Part shown: piece after piece, positions 48,893-58,976 of the stretch
Numbering within the stretch: position 1 is the first letter of the stretch
How the letters are laid out: every line of letters starts with the position of its first letter
Assembly: GCA_964429235.1 (NCBI GenBank)
Contig: CAYSAQ010000002.1
Coordinates: 139,571-203,570 of the forward strand
Origin: an uncultured Candidatus Marinamargulisbacteria bacterium
GTDB lineage: Bacteria; Margulisbacteria; Riflemargulisbacteria; GWF2-35-9; DYQY01
Length of the DNA: 64,000 nt
Direction of reading: 5' to 3'
The notes under the pieces: model-generated
Databases searched by the model: none
Seen by the model: the letters and a program-made list of their open reading frames with translations, nothing else
What the model was told of the DNA's origin: nothing
Position numbers and translations under genes: made by a program

Positions 48893-51800
48893 ATGAAAAA
48901 GTTTTTATTAATATTTTTTATATGTATGATTAGTATAGGCTATTCGTTTACAAATAAAGCACATCAAACAACTACCAACTATATGCACGCTTATCAGGAC
49001 ATGTATATAAGAACAACAGATGGACTTGCCCTTACAGTAAATATTGGCGGATTAGTAATAATTACAGCAGACGAGAGCGATAACTGGGGAGTAGTTGCAG
49101 GCTTAGACCAATTAGCAAGTAGTAAAGTGATTCACGATGTCGGGTATAATGTTAAATATGTTTTAAGAGATGATAAATCTTTTGAGCAAGGTGTGCAGTA
49201 TATAATCACGGTTAATCTTGGTGGAGCAATTTCAACTAAAAATGTGACGTTTAACATGCAGTATGTTATTCGTTCTGTGACTATAGATGTTGCGGAGAAA
49301 TATAGAAATTCGGTTGTTGGAGATGATTGGTTTAAAGGCGGCCTTAAGAATACAGATTACGATGATGCCAATTTAAGTATAACGGGGATGGTTACATATA
49401 GATATGAGACAGAAGTATTTCCATCTCAGAATAAGCCGGTATATATAGAGCTATATATATCTGATGATATACAATCCAATAAATCTTCAGTAGGCGCAGA
49501 TGGCATTTTTGTTTTAAATAATTTTTCAATACCTGTTGTTGATGGTTTGAAACCATATGTTTCCGTTGATATTGAGGATTTGTCAGATTTATTATTATAT
49601 AAACCTGGATCAATAACAAGGTTTAAAATAGCTATTGATAATCAAGCACCACTAGAAACTACAGAGACGTCCTTAAATTTTAAAGCTGATAATACAGACA
49701 AAGATGGAGATGGTGTTTTTCCTGAACCAGGATATTTTGATCAAGCAATAGTCACATTTTCTCTCCGTGGCACTATGGGTGATTCTGGCAAGAGTGGCTT
49801 AAGCACTAATATGTGGGTTCTCGACCCAAAAATAGATGATGTTCTTAATCCCTTTGAAAACGGATGGTTAACAGATAGGGCAACTTCTTTTAATGTAGAT
49901 TTTGAGACAGAAACAGGCATTATAAAACAAGGAAGAAAAGAAGTTATAGTTTATATTATTGACAACGTTTTTAATTATGCCACGAGAAGTATTTTTGTAA
50001 CAATAGACGTAGATGCGCCTCAAGATTTTGCAGTAATTATTTCGGAAGATACAGATAATAACGGAGACCAAATAACTCCAAATATTGGCTGGTATAACGA
50101 TGAGACAGTTAGTTTTAATTGGAGTGTGCCATATGACGCAATTGGTTTAAAGAGTAGTCCCTATCAGTTTAAAAGTGAGGCAGGCTGGGTGTCTTGGTCT
50201 GCATTATTTAACAATGATGTTAATAATGATGTTATTTCTGGAAACTATCAATCTTTATTAGAGGGCTGGGTTACAGTTGATGCTGGAGGAGATGTTTTAA
50301 GAAAAGTATATGTTCGGGCTGCTGATAGAGCGGGAAACGTTGTCGTAGCATATGCTAGCATTAAAGTAGACAATATAGAGCCAACGGTTAACATTGTACT
50401 TGAAGACGATGGGTCATTCATAGATGGGGCTCCTATATATATTAAACCTAAAACAGGTTGGTATCATGATTTTGATGTTGAATGGAACATGTCCGGCGTT
50501 CAAGACGATGCTCAATTACATGATAAGCCAATCAGGTATAGATATTTATATGGAAACAGTAATACTACAACTACAGCCTGGTTAATAAATGAAGGAAGAA
50601 AGGAAGTTTCTTCAGATGAAAGACCAACAGGAAATATATTTTTATTACAAGCAAGAGACCAAGCAGGAAATATTGGAGAGGCAACTGCAAATGTGTATGT
50701 AGATACAACCGCCCCCGTTCCTACAAGTTTTGATATGCTTTTTGAGGCAGATACTACTGATGCCAATGAAGATGGTGTTTTTCCCGAAATAGGTTGGTAT
50801 GATCAGACAACAATTAATTTAATGTTGACATGGGATAGTTGCATAGAAGATGGGGGAATATGGAAAACAGGATTATATTTGCATGGCCCAGTATTTGTAT
50901 CTTCCCAATTAGTTGTCTCGGGAAATCAAGATTATGGAGAGTTAGAGTTATTTAGAGAACCACCAGAAGATGTTCAGCAAGTTAAGTTTCTTGCATTGTT
51001 AGTTGATAATGCTGGAAACATGGCACAGTTGACGCAAAAGTGGGTTTATGTTGATTTAACAAAACCAGAGAATTTTTTGGTTACCTTGGCACAAGATAGT
51101 GATTCTGGAGATGATGGGTTAGACCCTGCAGGTGTTTGGTATGATGATAATACTATTGAGTTTGATTGCGATTTAAGTCCGCAGGCAGATACCTCCTTGA
51201 AAGCAGCTCCATATCAATTTAGAGTAAATCAGGGCGAATGGCAAAGTGCCACAATCAACGGCTCGGTTGCAAATTTTTTGGTTAGTGATAATGCCTCAAG
51301 CGCAGTAGAAGTTCGTTTAATGGATATGGCAGGGAATGTAACCACAAGGTCAATCAGCGTTACCGTTGATTCAGTTGTACCATCTGGCAGCTTTGTATTA
51401 AATTTGGCCGAAGATGATTCAAATGATGGCTTTACCCAGCTTACCCCAGATGCTGGATGGTATAACCAGAACTTGGTTAGCTTTAAGTTTAATTCTAGTT
51501 TTGGCATTGTTGATACCTTCAATATACGGGAATACGGATATTTCTTAAAAAGAGAAATAGATCAAGTTTATGTAAATGGGAAAAGCGATTCCAAAAATGC
51601 AATGATATATTTAGAAAACGAAGGAGCAACAGAAAAAACAATAGTAGGAGCTATTTCTGATATGGCAGGAAATGTCATAGAGGCTAGTACGAAAGTGTTT
51701 GTTGATACCGATGCTCCAGTAGCAGAGTTTGAAATTAGAATAGAAAATGATACTACCGACGATGGTGATGATGGTTATTATCCAGAAGAAGGTTGGCATG

Positions 51801-54800
51801 ATCAGCCATTAATAAATATTAACTGGGATCAGGCAAGCGACGGAGCAGGCAGATTACACGATTTACCTTTTAGGGTGAAATCTGATAGTACAGTTTGGAG
51901 TAACTTTCAATATCAGCAAACCTATTCAGGGTTATATGTCAGACCAAGTAATGATATTACGCAAAGTGTATATATACAGGTTAAAGATAAAGCAGGAAAT
52001 CTTGCAACGCATTCGGCAACACTAAAAGTAGATACAAAAGATCCTGTTGTAGAACTTTTTTTGTCGCCACAGATAAAATTAGTTGGGCTAATATATAATG
52101 TTCTGCACGCGTCTTATGGTGTTAATTTTCCTCTTGCTGGATGGTTTAATACAGAAAATGTGCTTCTTACTTGGAATGTAGAAACAACAGATGAATCGTT
52201 TCCTTCAAGAAGTTTTAGGGTAAAGGTGTCTGCTGATCAACTAGATTATGGAGATAGCATCAGTAGTAATCTTAGAGAAATATTTATTTTTGCGACAGCA
52301 AATAATCATGAAGAAATAATGTTTTCGATTGTTGCTTGGGATAAGGCAGGAAATGCATCGGAAGCTACTGCATCAGCCAAGGTCGATACAATGTTGCCAA
52401 CAGTAACGGTAGATATGGAATCAAATACAGGGTTGTCCTTAATGCCATTTGTTAATAGTCAGGATATCTTAACAATTACATTAGAAATATCAGAAGCAAT
52501 TTCTGTGACCCCTTTTATTACATACGCACGATCTGAAAATTCTTTAGAAAGAATAACAATTAACAGTTTTCATGGTTTAGGAGATGAGTGGGTGTGCACT
52601 TTGGACATTAACACTGTAGAGGACTATGGCCCTCACACAATAGACGTATTCTTAATTGATGATGCTGGAAATATTTGTGTAGAACAAGCAGGATATAGTC
52701 GCTTTATTAAGCTTTCTCCTGGAGAGGTAAATCCTCCAGAAGAGTTTGTTGTTAAAGATGTGTATACGGGAAGTCAGTTTGTGTGTCAACAAGAGATAGT
52801 TAGCGTTTCATTTACACTTGGCACCAGCATTAAGCATTTCTTGATCACAGAAAAAAACATTTCCTCTGCAGATGCCGAAGCGACGGTTGGTTGGGAAGAT
52901 GTCGACGGAATAACAGAATATAACGACTTTCATACTTTGGATAATGAAAACGATGCGGATAAAAACAAGCTTAAGACCTTATATCTGTGGGTTGCTGACG
53001 CAAGTAGGCGACCGGCAAATAATGCAGTTATTGCAACAATTAACAGAGATGCTATAGCTCCAAGAATAAAAATACATCCCAATAAAACCAACTCTGGTTC
53101 CGATGAGTATGACAACCAACGGTTGTCAAAGACCGAGTATACAGCGGAAATGACAATAACCCATAATATAGCGTTTCTTAGTGGAGACTATGTTGAGAGA
53201 GCTCAAATAACACCATCATGGGAACTAGGCATTTTTTTAGCAAATAACTATATCACGGGTGCGGTGTTATCTCCATATTTAGCACCTAAAGCAGAAAGCC
53301 AAACTAGTCCAGGATTTATGACTATTTGGTGGGCTTCTTATAATTTACAAACTTTATTAAAAGATAGGACTGCCGCAACATACAATGCTGTTTTTAACGT
53401 TACCGTTAAAGATCAAGCAGGAAATACAACAAATAATATTTACCAAGGAGAAAGTTTTGAGATTAATACGTTGGTTCCACTTACTCCAACAATAAGTGTT
53501 TATGCATTAGACGGCAGAACCGGCTATACAAATAGTTTAAATATTATATGCGTAATAAGCAAAAACGAAAACTCCGATCAGGAGTCTAACAACTATGCAT
53601 ATTATAAAATATATGATGATTATTATGGAGCACCGAGAAGGTCAGAGTTAGAGCAAGACGACACAATCTGGCCTAAAGATGGTGATGAAAAGCAGGTAGT
53701 AAGCTTCTCAGTAGTATATAAACTAACACACGAAGAACAAGGCGAGAAAGATATTTTAATTTGGGTGGCGAATAATGACCCTCAAACATGTATTAATCCT
53801 GCAGAATTAACAATTATTTATGATTCTATAGCTCCAACGTATGAAATAGTTATTGAGCCTATTGATGCTGCTGATGAATTGACTGTAACCTTGTTTTTTA
53901 ATGAGAGGATAGATGTAGATACAAGAAATGTACTATTTATTGAATCTAAGAATGGAGATAACTATAATGTGATAGCTTCTGCTAGCCTTACTTATGTAAG
54001 CATAGAAGACGATTTGTACTTATATTCCTGTACATTTAATGCTGATGAAACCGATGATATAAGAGGCACATCTAACAGATTAGTGAGTATCAATGTCTAC
54101 GATTTAGCAGGCAATTATATGGAAGATAGAACACCATTTTCCAGAATTTTAAATATCTTAACATATGGAGATTATTATGACAGAGCTCTCTATAATAATG
54201 ATTTAGATTTTCAATTTCATAATATAGGTATTGGCGCATCAGATATCCCTGTAATATATGCTGAATTGAAGGCGGCTGGCCGAAATATACATCTTTCAGG
54301 AGTAAATTTGAAAATTAAAAATGCCGACATTAATATTTTAGATAGAGTTCATTTATTTGCTGATACAAATCAAACAGGGCTATATGATGAAGGTGATAAT
54401 GAGCTTGCTAATGCAGTATTTACGGATACGGAAAATATGAAGATTCCGTTTGACGAGATTCTGGTAAACAAGCAAACCACAACTACAATATTTGTTGTAA
54501 TTGATGCTGGGCAATCTGTTAATGAGGGTCGTGAAATCGGATTTGGGTTTATAACAAGTAATCCTTTTGATGTTGAAGCATATGAAGTTATAAGCGCTTC
54601 TGCGCAAATACCAGACGATGGAATAATTGCAACGTTTAATATGTCTAAAACATTATACAATATTGCTTATCTTGGAAAAGATGCCGATGCCGTATCCCTA
54701 ACTAGAGATGTTAACTGTGGTTCAAGTTTTGTTATAAAGAAATTCGCATTAAGGGCTTTTTTGGCAGATAGCGCTGGAAGTGAAAGTGGCCTAGGCGAAG

Positions 54801-56677
54801 GTGTTTTGTGGGAATCATTGAGGATAGGACTTGAAGCAGATTTTCCAAACGAGGGAATTGTTAATGTGTCGGTATATAAAAATAACAATAATAATGTTTT
54901 TGATGATGGCGACTTACTTATTAGTAGCGGGCAAGATAAATTCCTTAATGATGAACAAAAAACAATAACTATTAATTTTTCTAATCCAGTTAGTATTGGT
55001 GGGAATGATCCATCTTTCTTCTTAGTTGCAGAATTAGATAGATCTGTTCCTGATGGAGAGACGGAGTTTTCTTTTGAGATTGCTTCCGCAGATTGGTTCA
55101 AGTTTATAGATGATGACTATATGATTGATACTGGAGAGTTTCCCGTAAAGACAATAACGTTTGATGCAGATTACTATATTTCACAAATTACAGTTGAGGT
55201 TCTCCCAAATCCCGAAAGATACGTTGTTGAGGGAGAACAATATAATTTATTTAAACTAAAACTCAATTTAGATTATGTGGCTTATGAATATGGAGTAGCA
55301 AAACCAAAGCTAAAATGGATTGATATCGAGCGCGACTCTGGCATATTGGAGTTTGAAGCGGATCTTTTAGTGCTTAATTTAAGACTGTATAGGTATCTTG
55401 CAAGCCAAGCAGATGATGATTTTTCTCTAGGTAGTGAAATTGCTGGAGGATCTTCATATTCCTATCCAAACAACAGAATACGAATAAGTTATGGAGAAGC
55501 TATCCCTCTTGCTACTGAGAATTATTTTTCAATAATGCTTCCCGTACAAGGCTCAGTTGGCGATGGTACTTATGGAACAATTAAGACCTTGATGGTAAAT
55601 TATGAAACAGCCCAAGATTATATAGATTTTGGTGGATATGGAACGATTGTTAATGAGCAGATAGTTACGAGTACTGAAATAGAAATTATAGATGATTTGT
55701 TGCCTACAAAGCCAGAGATAACAGGCAATTCCTATCTTGCTAGTCATAAGAACATAGGCTTTTATTATTCTACAAAAGTTGCACCACTAGGAGCTAGTGG
55801 TGTTGAGTCTATTTTTGTTGACATTGGCACTGGTTTAGCAGGAAGAGATATCTATTCTCAGGCTCTTACCGTTAGCGTTGTAGAAAGTAAAGATATTCAA
55901 GAAGAACCTGTTGTTGTAACAATAGATGGTGGTAATTATTTAAATGATGATACTGATTATTTTCTTTCAGTTCGAGCTAAGGCAGGTGGTGGTGATTATT
56001 ACTCCGTAACAGGCAGTTTCGTATTTCATACTGATTTTACGCCTCCATGGACATCCGGACAGCTGGATGTGATACCAAGATGGGAAGACAAAAGACATGA
56101 CATAGTTTGGACTGCTTTTACAGAAGCAGAGTCTTATGTGGATTATTATATTGTAGAGATGTTAGAAGGTTCTTCTTTAGTTTGGAAGCAGTTAGATATA
56201 GTGAATGCACAAAGCAGGCTATCAGCCATGAACCCTACGGCACAATATAATGTTCCATATCAATATAGGGTTAAAGCAGTAAACGCATCAGGATTATCCA
56301 GCCTTTATAAAGATTCTGGAGATAGAATTATGACTACGAATACAACAGAAATAATGTTTAATGTGTCTAATTATCCGAACCCTTTTTATTCTGCATATCA
56401 GATAACAAGGATAGTTTATTCTTTGAACCAAGACGTAGATACTACGATAACTATTTATGATTCGCTAGGGCACTTTGTTGTTAGATTTGACGGCAATGAT
56501 ATAACAAAAGAAGGTGCTGTAGATGGAACGGGTTTTTTCTGTTATGTAGATTGGGATGGCAGAAATGCTTCTGGACAATTTGTCTCAAAAGGTGGATACT
56601 TTGCTGTACTTGAAGCAGCCCCATTTGCTGGAGGACAGAGCAATAAGGTTGTACGTATGATAGGAGTGATCCATTAG
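48893..56677 (+). CDS. Giant (2594 aa) secreted repetitive cell-surface protein with at least 10 Ig-like modules and a T9SS-type C-terminal sorting domain.
   Basis: Signal peptide MKKFLLIFFICMISIGYS. Repeated module starts VDTxAP / VDNIEPTV / VDTMLPTV. Repeated D-rich GWY(D/N)(D/Q)xxV/I...W motif in at least 7 copies. The C-terminus NYPNPFYSAYQITRIVYSL...TITIYDSLGHFV...WDGRNASGQFVSKGGYF matches the Por_Secre_tail pattern. Confidence 0.8.
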   Translation: MKKFLLIFFICMISIGYSFTNKAHQTTTNYMHAYQDMYIRTTDGLALTVNIGGLVIITADESDNWGVVAGLDQLASSKVIHDVGYNVKYVLRDDKSFEQGVQYIITVNLGGAISTKNVTFNMQYVIRSVTIDVAEKYRNSVVGDDWFKGGLKNTDYDDANLSITGMVTYRYETEVFPSQNKPVYIELYISDDIQSNKSSVGADGIFVLNNFSIPVVDGLKPYVSVDIEDLSDLLLYKPGSITRFKIAIDNQAPLETTETSLNFKADNTDKDGDGVFPEPGYFDQAIVTFSLRGTMGDSGKSGLSTNMWVLDPKIDDVLNPFENGWLTDRATSFNVDFETETGIIKQGRKEVIVYIIDNVFNYATRSIFVTIDVDAPQDFAVIISEDTDNNGDQITPNIGWYNDETVSFNWSVPYDAIGLKSSPYQFKSEAGWVSWSALFNNDVNNDVISGNYQSLLEGWVTVDAGGDVLRKVYVRAADRAGNVVVAYASIKVDNIEPTVNIVLEDDGSFIDGAPIYIKPKTGWYHDFDVEWNMSGVQDDAQLHDKPIRYRYLYGNSNTTTTAWLINEGRKEVSSDERPTGNIFLLQARDQAGNIGEATANVYVDTTAPVPTSFDMLFEADTTDANEDGVFPEIGWYDQTTINLMLTWDSCIEDGGIWKTGLYLHGPVFVSSQLVVSGNQDYGELELFREPPEDVQQVKFLALLVDNAGNMAQLTQKWVYVDLTKPENFLVTLAQDSDSGDDGLDPAGVWYDDNTIEFDCDLSPQADTSLKAAPYQFRVNQGEWQSATINGSVANFLVSDNASSAVEVRLMDMAGNVTTRSISVTVDSVVPSGSFVLNLAEDDSNDGFTQLTPDAGWYNQNLVSFKFNSSFGIVDTFNIREYGYFLKREIDQVYVNGKSDSKNAMIYLENEGATEKTIVGAISDMAGNVIEASTKVFVDTDAPVAEFEIRIENDTTDDGDDGYYPEEGWHDQPLININWDQASDGAGRLHDLPFRVKSDSTVWSNFQYQQTYSGLYVRPSNDITQSVYIQVKDKAGNLATHSATLKVDTKDPVVELFLSPQIKLVGLIYNVLHASYGVNFPLAGWFNTENVLLTWNVETTDESFPSRSFRVKVSADQLDYGDSISSNLREIFIFATANNHEEIMFSIVAWDKAGNASEATASAKVDTMLPTVTVDMESNTGLSLMPFVNSQDILTITLEISEAISVTPFITYARSENSLERITINSFHGLGDEWVCTLDINTVEDYGPHTIDVFLIDDAGNICVEQAGYSRFIKLSPGEVNPPEEFVVKDVYTGSQFVCQQEIVSVSFTLGTSIKHFLITEKNISSADAEATVGWEDVDGITEYNDFHTLDNENDADKNKLKTLYLWVADASRRPANNAVIATINRDAIAPRIKIHPNKTNSGSDEYDNQRLSKTEYTAEMTITHNIAFLSGDYVERAQITPSWELGIFLANNYITGAVLSPYLAPKAESQTSPGFMTIWWASYNLQTLLKDRTAATYNAVFNVTVKDQAGNTTNNIYQGESFEINTLVPLTPTISVYALDGRTGYTNSLNIICVISKNENSDQESNNYAYYKIYDDYYGAPRRSELEQDDTIWPKDGDEKQVVSFSVVYKLTHEEQGEKDILIWVANNDPQTCINPAELTIIYDSIAPTYEIVIEPIDAADELTVTLFFNERIDVDTRNVLFIESKNGDNYNVIASASLTYVSIEDDLYLYSCTFNADETDDIRGTSNRLVSINVYDLAGNYMEDRTPFSRILNILTYGDYYDRALYNNDLDFQFHNIGIGASDIPVIYAELKAAGRNIHLSGVNLKIKNADINILDRVHLFADTNQTGLYDEGDNELANAVFTDTENMKIPFDEILVNKQTTTTIFVVIDAGQSVNEGREIGFGFITSNPFDVEAYEVISASAQIPDDGIIATFNMSKTLYNIAYLGKDADAVSLTRDVNCGSSFVIKKFALRAFLADSAGSESGLGEGVLWESLRIGLEADFPNEGIVNVSVYKNNNNNVFDDGDLLISSGQDKFLNDEQKTITINFSNPVSIGGNDPSFFLVAELDRSVPDGETEFSFEIASADWFKFIDDDYMIDTGEFPVKTITFDADYYISQITVEVLPNPERYVVEGEQYNLFKLKLNLDYVAYEYGVAKPKLKWIDIERDSGILEFEADLLVLNLRLYRYLASQADDDFSLGSEIAGGSSYSYPNNRIRISYGEAIPLATENYFSIMLPVQGSVGDGTYGTIKTLMVNYETAQDYIDFGGYGTIVNEQIVTSTEIEIIDDLLPTKPEITGNSYLASHKNIGFYYSTKVAPLGASGVESIFVDIGTGLAGRDIYSQALTVSVVESKDIQEEPVVVTIDGGNYLNDDTDYFLSVRAKAGGGDYYSVTGSFVFHTDFTPPWTSGQLDVIPRWEDKRHDIVWTAFTEAESYVDYYIVEMLEGSSLVWKQLDIVNAQSRLSAMNPTAQYNVPYQYRVKAVNASGLSSLYKDSGDRIMTTNTTEIMFNVSNYPNPFYSAYQITRIVYSLNQDVDTTITIYDSLGHFVVRFDGNDITKEGAVDGTGFFCYVDWDGRNASGQFVSKGGYFAVLEAAPFAGGQSNKVVRMIGVIH

Positions 56678-58215
56678 TGCAGAAAAGTGATTCGGTGTAT
56701 ATTACTACCCCAATTTATTATGTAAACGATATTCCCCACATAGGCCATTGCTATACAACAATTATTGCAGATATTCTTGCTCGTTTTTATAGATTAAGAG
56801 GCAAGGATGTTTTTTTTCTAACAGGTACCGATGAGCATGGTCAGAAAATAGAAAAAGCTGCAGAAGCCAAAGGAAAAACACCCAAAGAATTAGTAGATGA
56901 AGTTGTACTTAGGTTTCAAGACTTATGGAAGCAACTTAATATTTCAAACGACAGTTTTGTCAGAACAACGGACGAAGAACATAAAACAATTGTTAAGCAG
57001 GCACTGCAGCAAGTATATGACAGAGGATATATTTATTTAGGGAAATATGAAGGTCTTTATTGCAGACCATGTGAGACATACTTTACAGAAACACAGCTTG
57101 TGGATGGTAAATGCCCAGAATGTGACAGAGAAGTTATTCTGTTAGAAGAAGAATCTTACTTTTTTAAGCTATCAGCATTCCAAGATAAAATACTTGCACA
57201 CATAAAAAAGATACCAGAGTTTGTTTTGCCAGAGGGAAGAAGAAATGAGGTTATTAGCTTTGTTGAAAGCGGACTCAACGATCTTTGTATAAGCAGAACA
57301 ACAATTAATTGGGGCATTGAGTTTCCAGAATTAGAAAAGACAGAAAAAAAGCATCACGTTTATGTTTGGTTTGATGCACTTCTTAATTATTTAACAGGTA
57401 TTAAATACCAAACAGACCAACAGCTTTTTGATAGATATTGGCCAGCAGAAGTTCACTTAATTGGTAAGGATATTTTGAAGTTTCACGCAGTGATATGGCC
57501 AGCTATGCTTATGGCAATGGAAGTAGAATTACCTAAGCATGTTTTTGGACATGGCTTTATTTACCAAGGTGGAGAAAAGATGTCTAAGTCTAAGGGCAAT
57601 GTTTTAGATCCGTTTAAAATAATGGATGAATATGGAGTAGACCCTTTTAGATACTATTTGGCTAGAGAAATAGTTTTTGGACTAGATGGTTCTTATAGTG
57701 AAGAAAGCATGAAGCAGAGATTTAATAGTGATCTTGCAAATGATTATGGAAATTTATTAAACAGAACACTAAATATGACAAAAAAATATTTTGAACTAAA
57801 AGTTCCTGCTTGTGATGATGCTTTATTTTCTGAAGAGGAACTTGCGCTTAAGCGAATGGTATTAGACTTAGAACAAAAGATTCCAAAGCTTATGGATGCT
57901 TATAAACTTTCAGTAGCATTAGAAGAGATTTTTATGGTTATTAGAAGGGCAAACAAATTTATAGAAGAGATGACACCATGGACTCTTCATAAGGAAGAAA
58001 ATATGTCTAAGCTTGGTGCCGTAATGGTTCATTTGATTGAGACTTTAAGAATCGTAACAACATGGCTAAGCCCATTTATGCCAACAGTTACTAATAAGTT
58101 TTATGAACAGCTTAATGTATCAGAAGAAGAGAAAAAGAGTAATCCATTTGATTGGGGCTTTTTTACTGAGGGAAGAACCCTTAATCAGCCAGAGCCAATT
58201 TTCCCTAGAAAATAA
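56677..58215 (+). CDS. metG: Methionyl-tRNA synthetase (short form). The GTG start shares a G with the upstream TAG stop.
   Basis: HIGH motif PHIGHCYTT. KMSKS present. 512 aa. Confidence 0.9.
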   Translation: MQKSDSVYITTPIYYVNDIPHIGHCYTTIIADILARFYRLRGKDVFFLTGTDEHGQKIEKAAEAKGKTPKELVDEVVLRFQDLWKQLNISNDSFVRTTDEEHKTIVKQALQQVYDRGYIYLGKYEGLYCRPCETYFTETQLVDGKCPECDREVILLEEESYFFKLSAFQDKILAHIKKIPEFVLPEGRRNEVISFVESGLNDLCISRTTINWGIEFPELEKTEKKHHVYVWFDALLNYLTGIKYQTDQQLFDRYWPAEVHLIGKDILKFHAVIWPAMLMAMEVELPKHVFGHGFIYQGGEKMSKSKGNVLDPFKIMDEYGVDPFRYYLAREIVFGLDGSYSEESMKQRFNSDLANDYGNLLNRTLNMTKKYFELKVPACDDALFSEEELALKRMVLDLEQKIPKLMDAYKLSVALEEIFMVIRRANKFIEEMTPWTLHKEENMSKLGAVMVHLIETLRIVTTWLSPFMPTVTNKFYEQLNVSEEEKKSNPFDWGFFTEGRTLNQPEPIFPRK

Positions 58216-58976
58216 TGTATCTTGTAGATACCCATATTCACCTTACAGATGACAGATATCAAGAAGAAGGTTTGTCAGAATCCATCGCCAATGCAGGCAA
58301 AGCAAATGTTTCTAAGTTGATAACTTTAGGGACAGACTATGCAGATAGCGAAAAGGCAAAGCGAATAGCAGAACAGCATCAGTCAGTCTTTTTTTGTGCA
58401 GGAATTCATCCACATGAGGCTGCTAAATATACAGAAGATGATATCTTAGGAATAGAGAAGCTTCTTATCCATGAAAAGTGTGTAGGCGTAGGAGAAGTGG
58501 GCTTAGATTATTATTATGATTTTGCAGATAAAAGTTTGCAGATTGAGTTGTTAAAGGCAATGTTGGAATTAGCTGAAAAAAACAAGAAGCCAATAGTTTT
58601 GCATACAAGAAGTGCAGAAGCTGAAGTTTTAGAAATGTTAGGTAGTTATTCTGGGAAAGTGTTGTGTCATTCATATACGGGGGAGCCAGAACTAATGGGC
58701 GGTTATTTGGAAAAAGGAGCGTATTTTTCTTTAAACGGCATGATTACCTTCAGGAAGGCAGAAAATGTCCGAGAAATTGCCAAGAAAGTGCCTTTGGAGA
58801 GAATGCTGATTGAGTCTGATGGGCCATATTTGTCGCCAGCCCCACACAGAGGGAAATTGAATTTACCGGAATATCTTGCTATAACAGCTAAAGAAGTTGC
58901 AAGCGTGGTTGGTAAAAGCTACGAGGAGGTTGTTAGAGTAACAACTGAAAATGCAGAAAGGTTTTTTAATTGCTAG
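58215..58976 (+). CDS. tatD: TatD-family metal-dependent hydrolase/DNase.
   Basis: MYLVDTHIHL...GEVGLDYYY...ESDGPYL motifs. Confidence 0.85.
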   Translation: MYLVDTHIHLTDDRYQEEGLSESIANAGKANVSKLITLGTDYADSEKAKRIAEQHQSVFFCAGIHPHEAAKYTEDDILGIEKLLIHEKCVGVGEVGLDYYYDFADKSLQIELLKAMLELAEKNKKPIVLHTRSAEAEVLEMLGSYSGKVLCHSYTGEPELMGGYLEKGAYFSLNGMITFRKAENVREIAKKVPLERMLIESDGPYLSPAPHRGKLNLPEYLAITAKEVASVVGKSYEEVVRVTTENAERFFNC

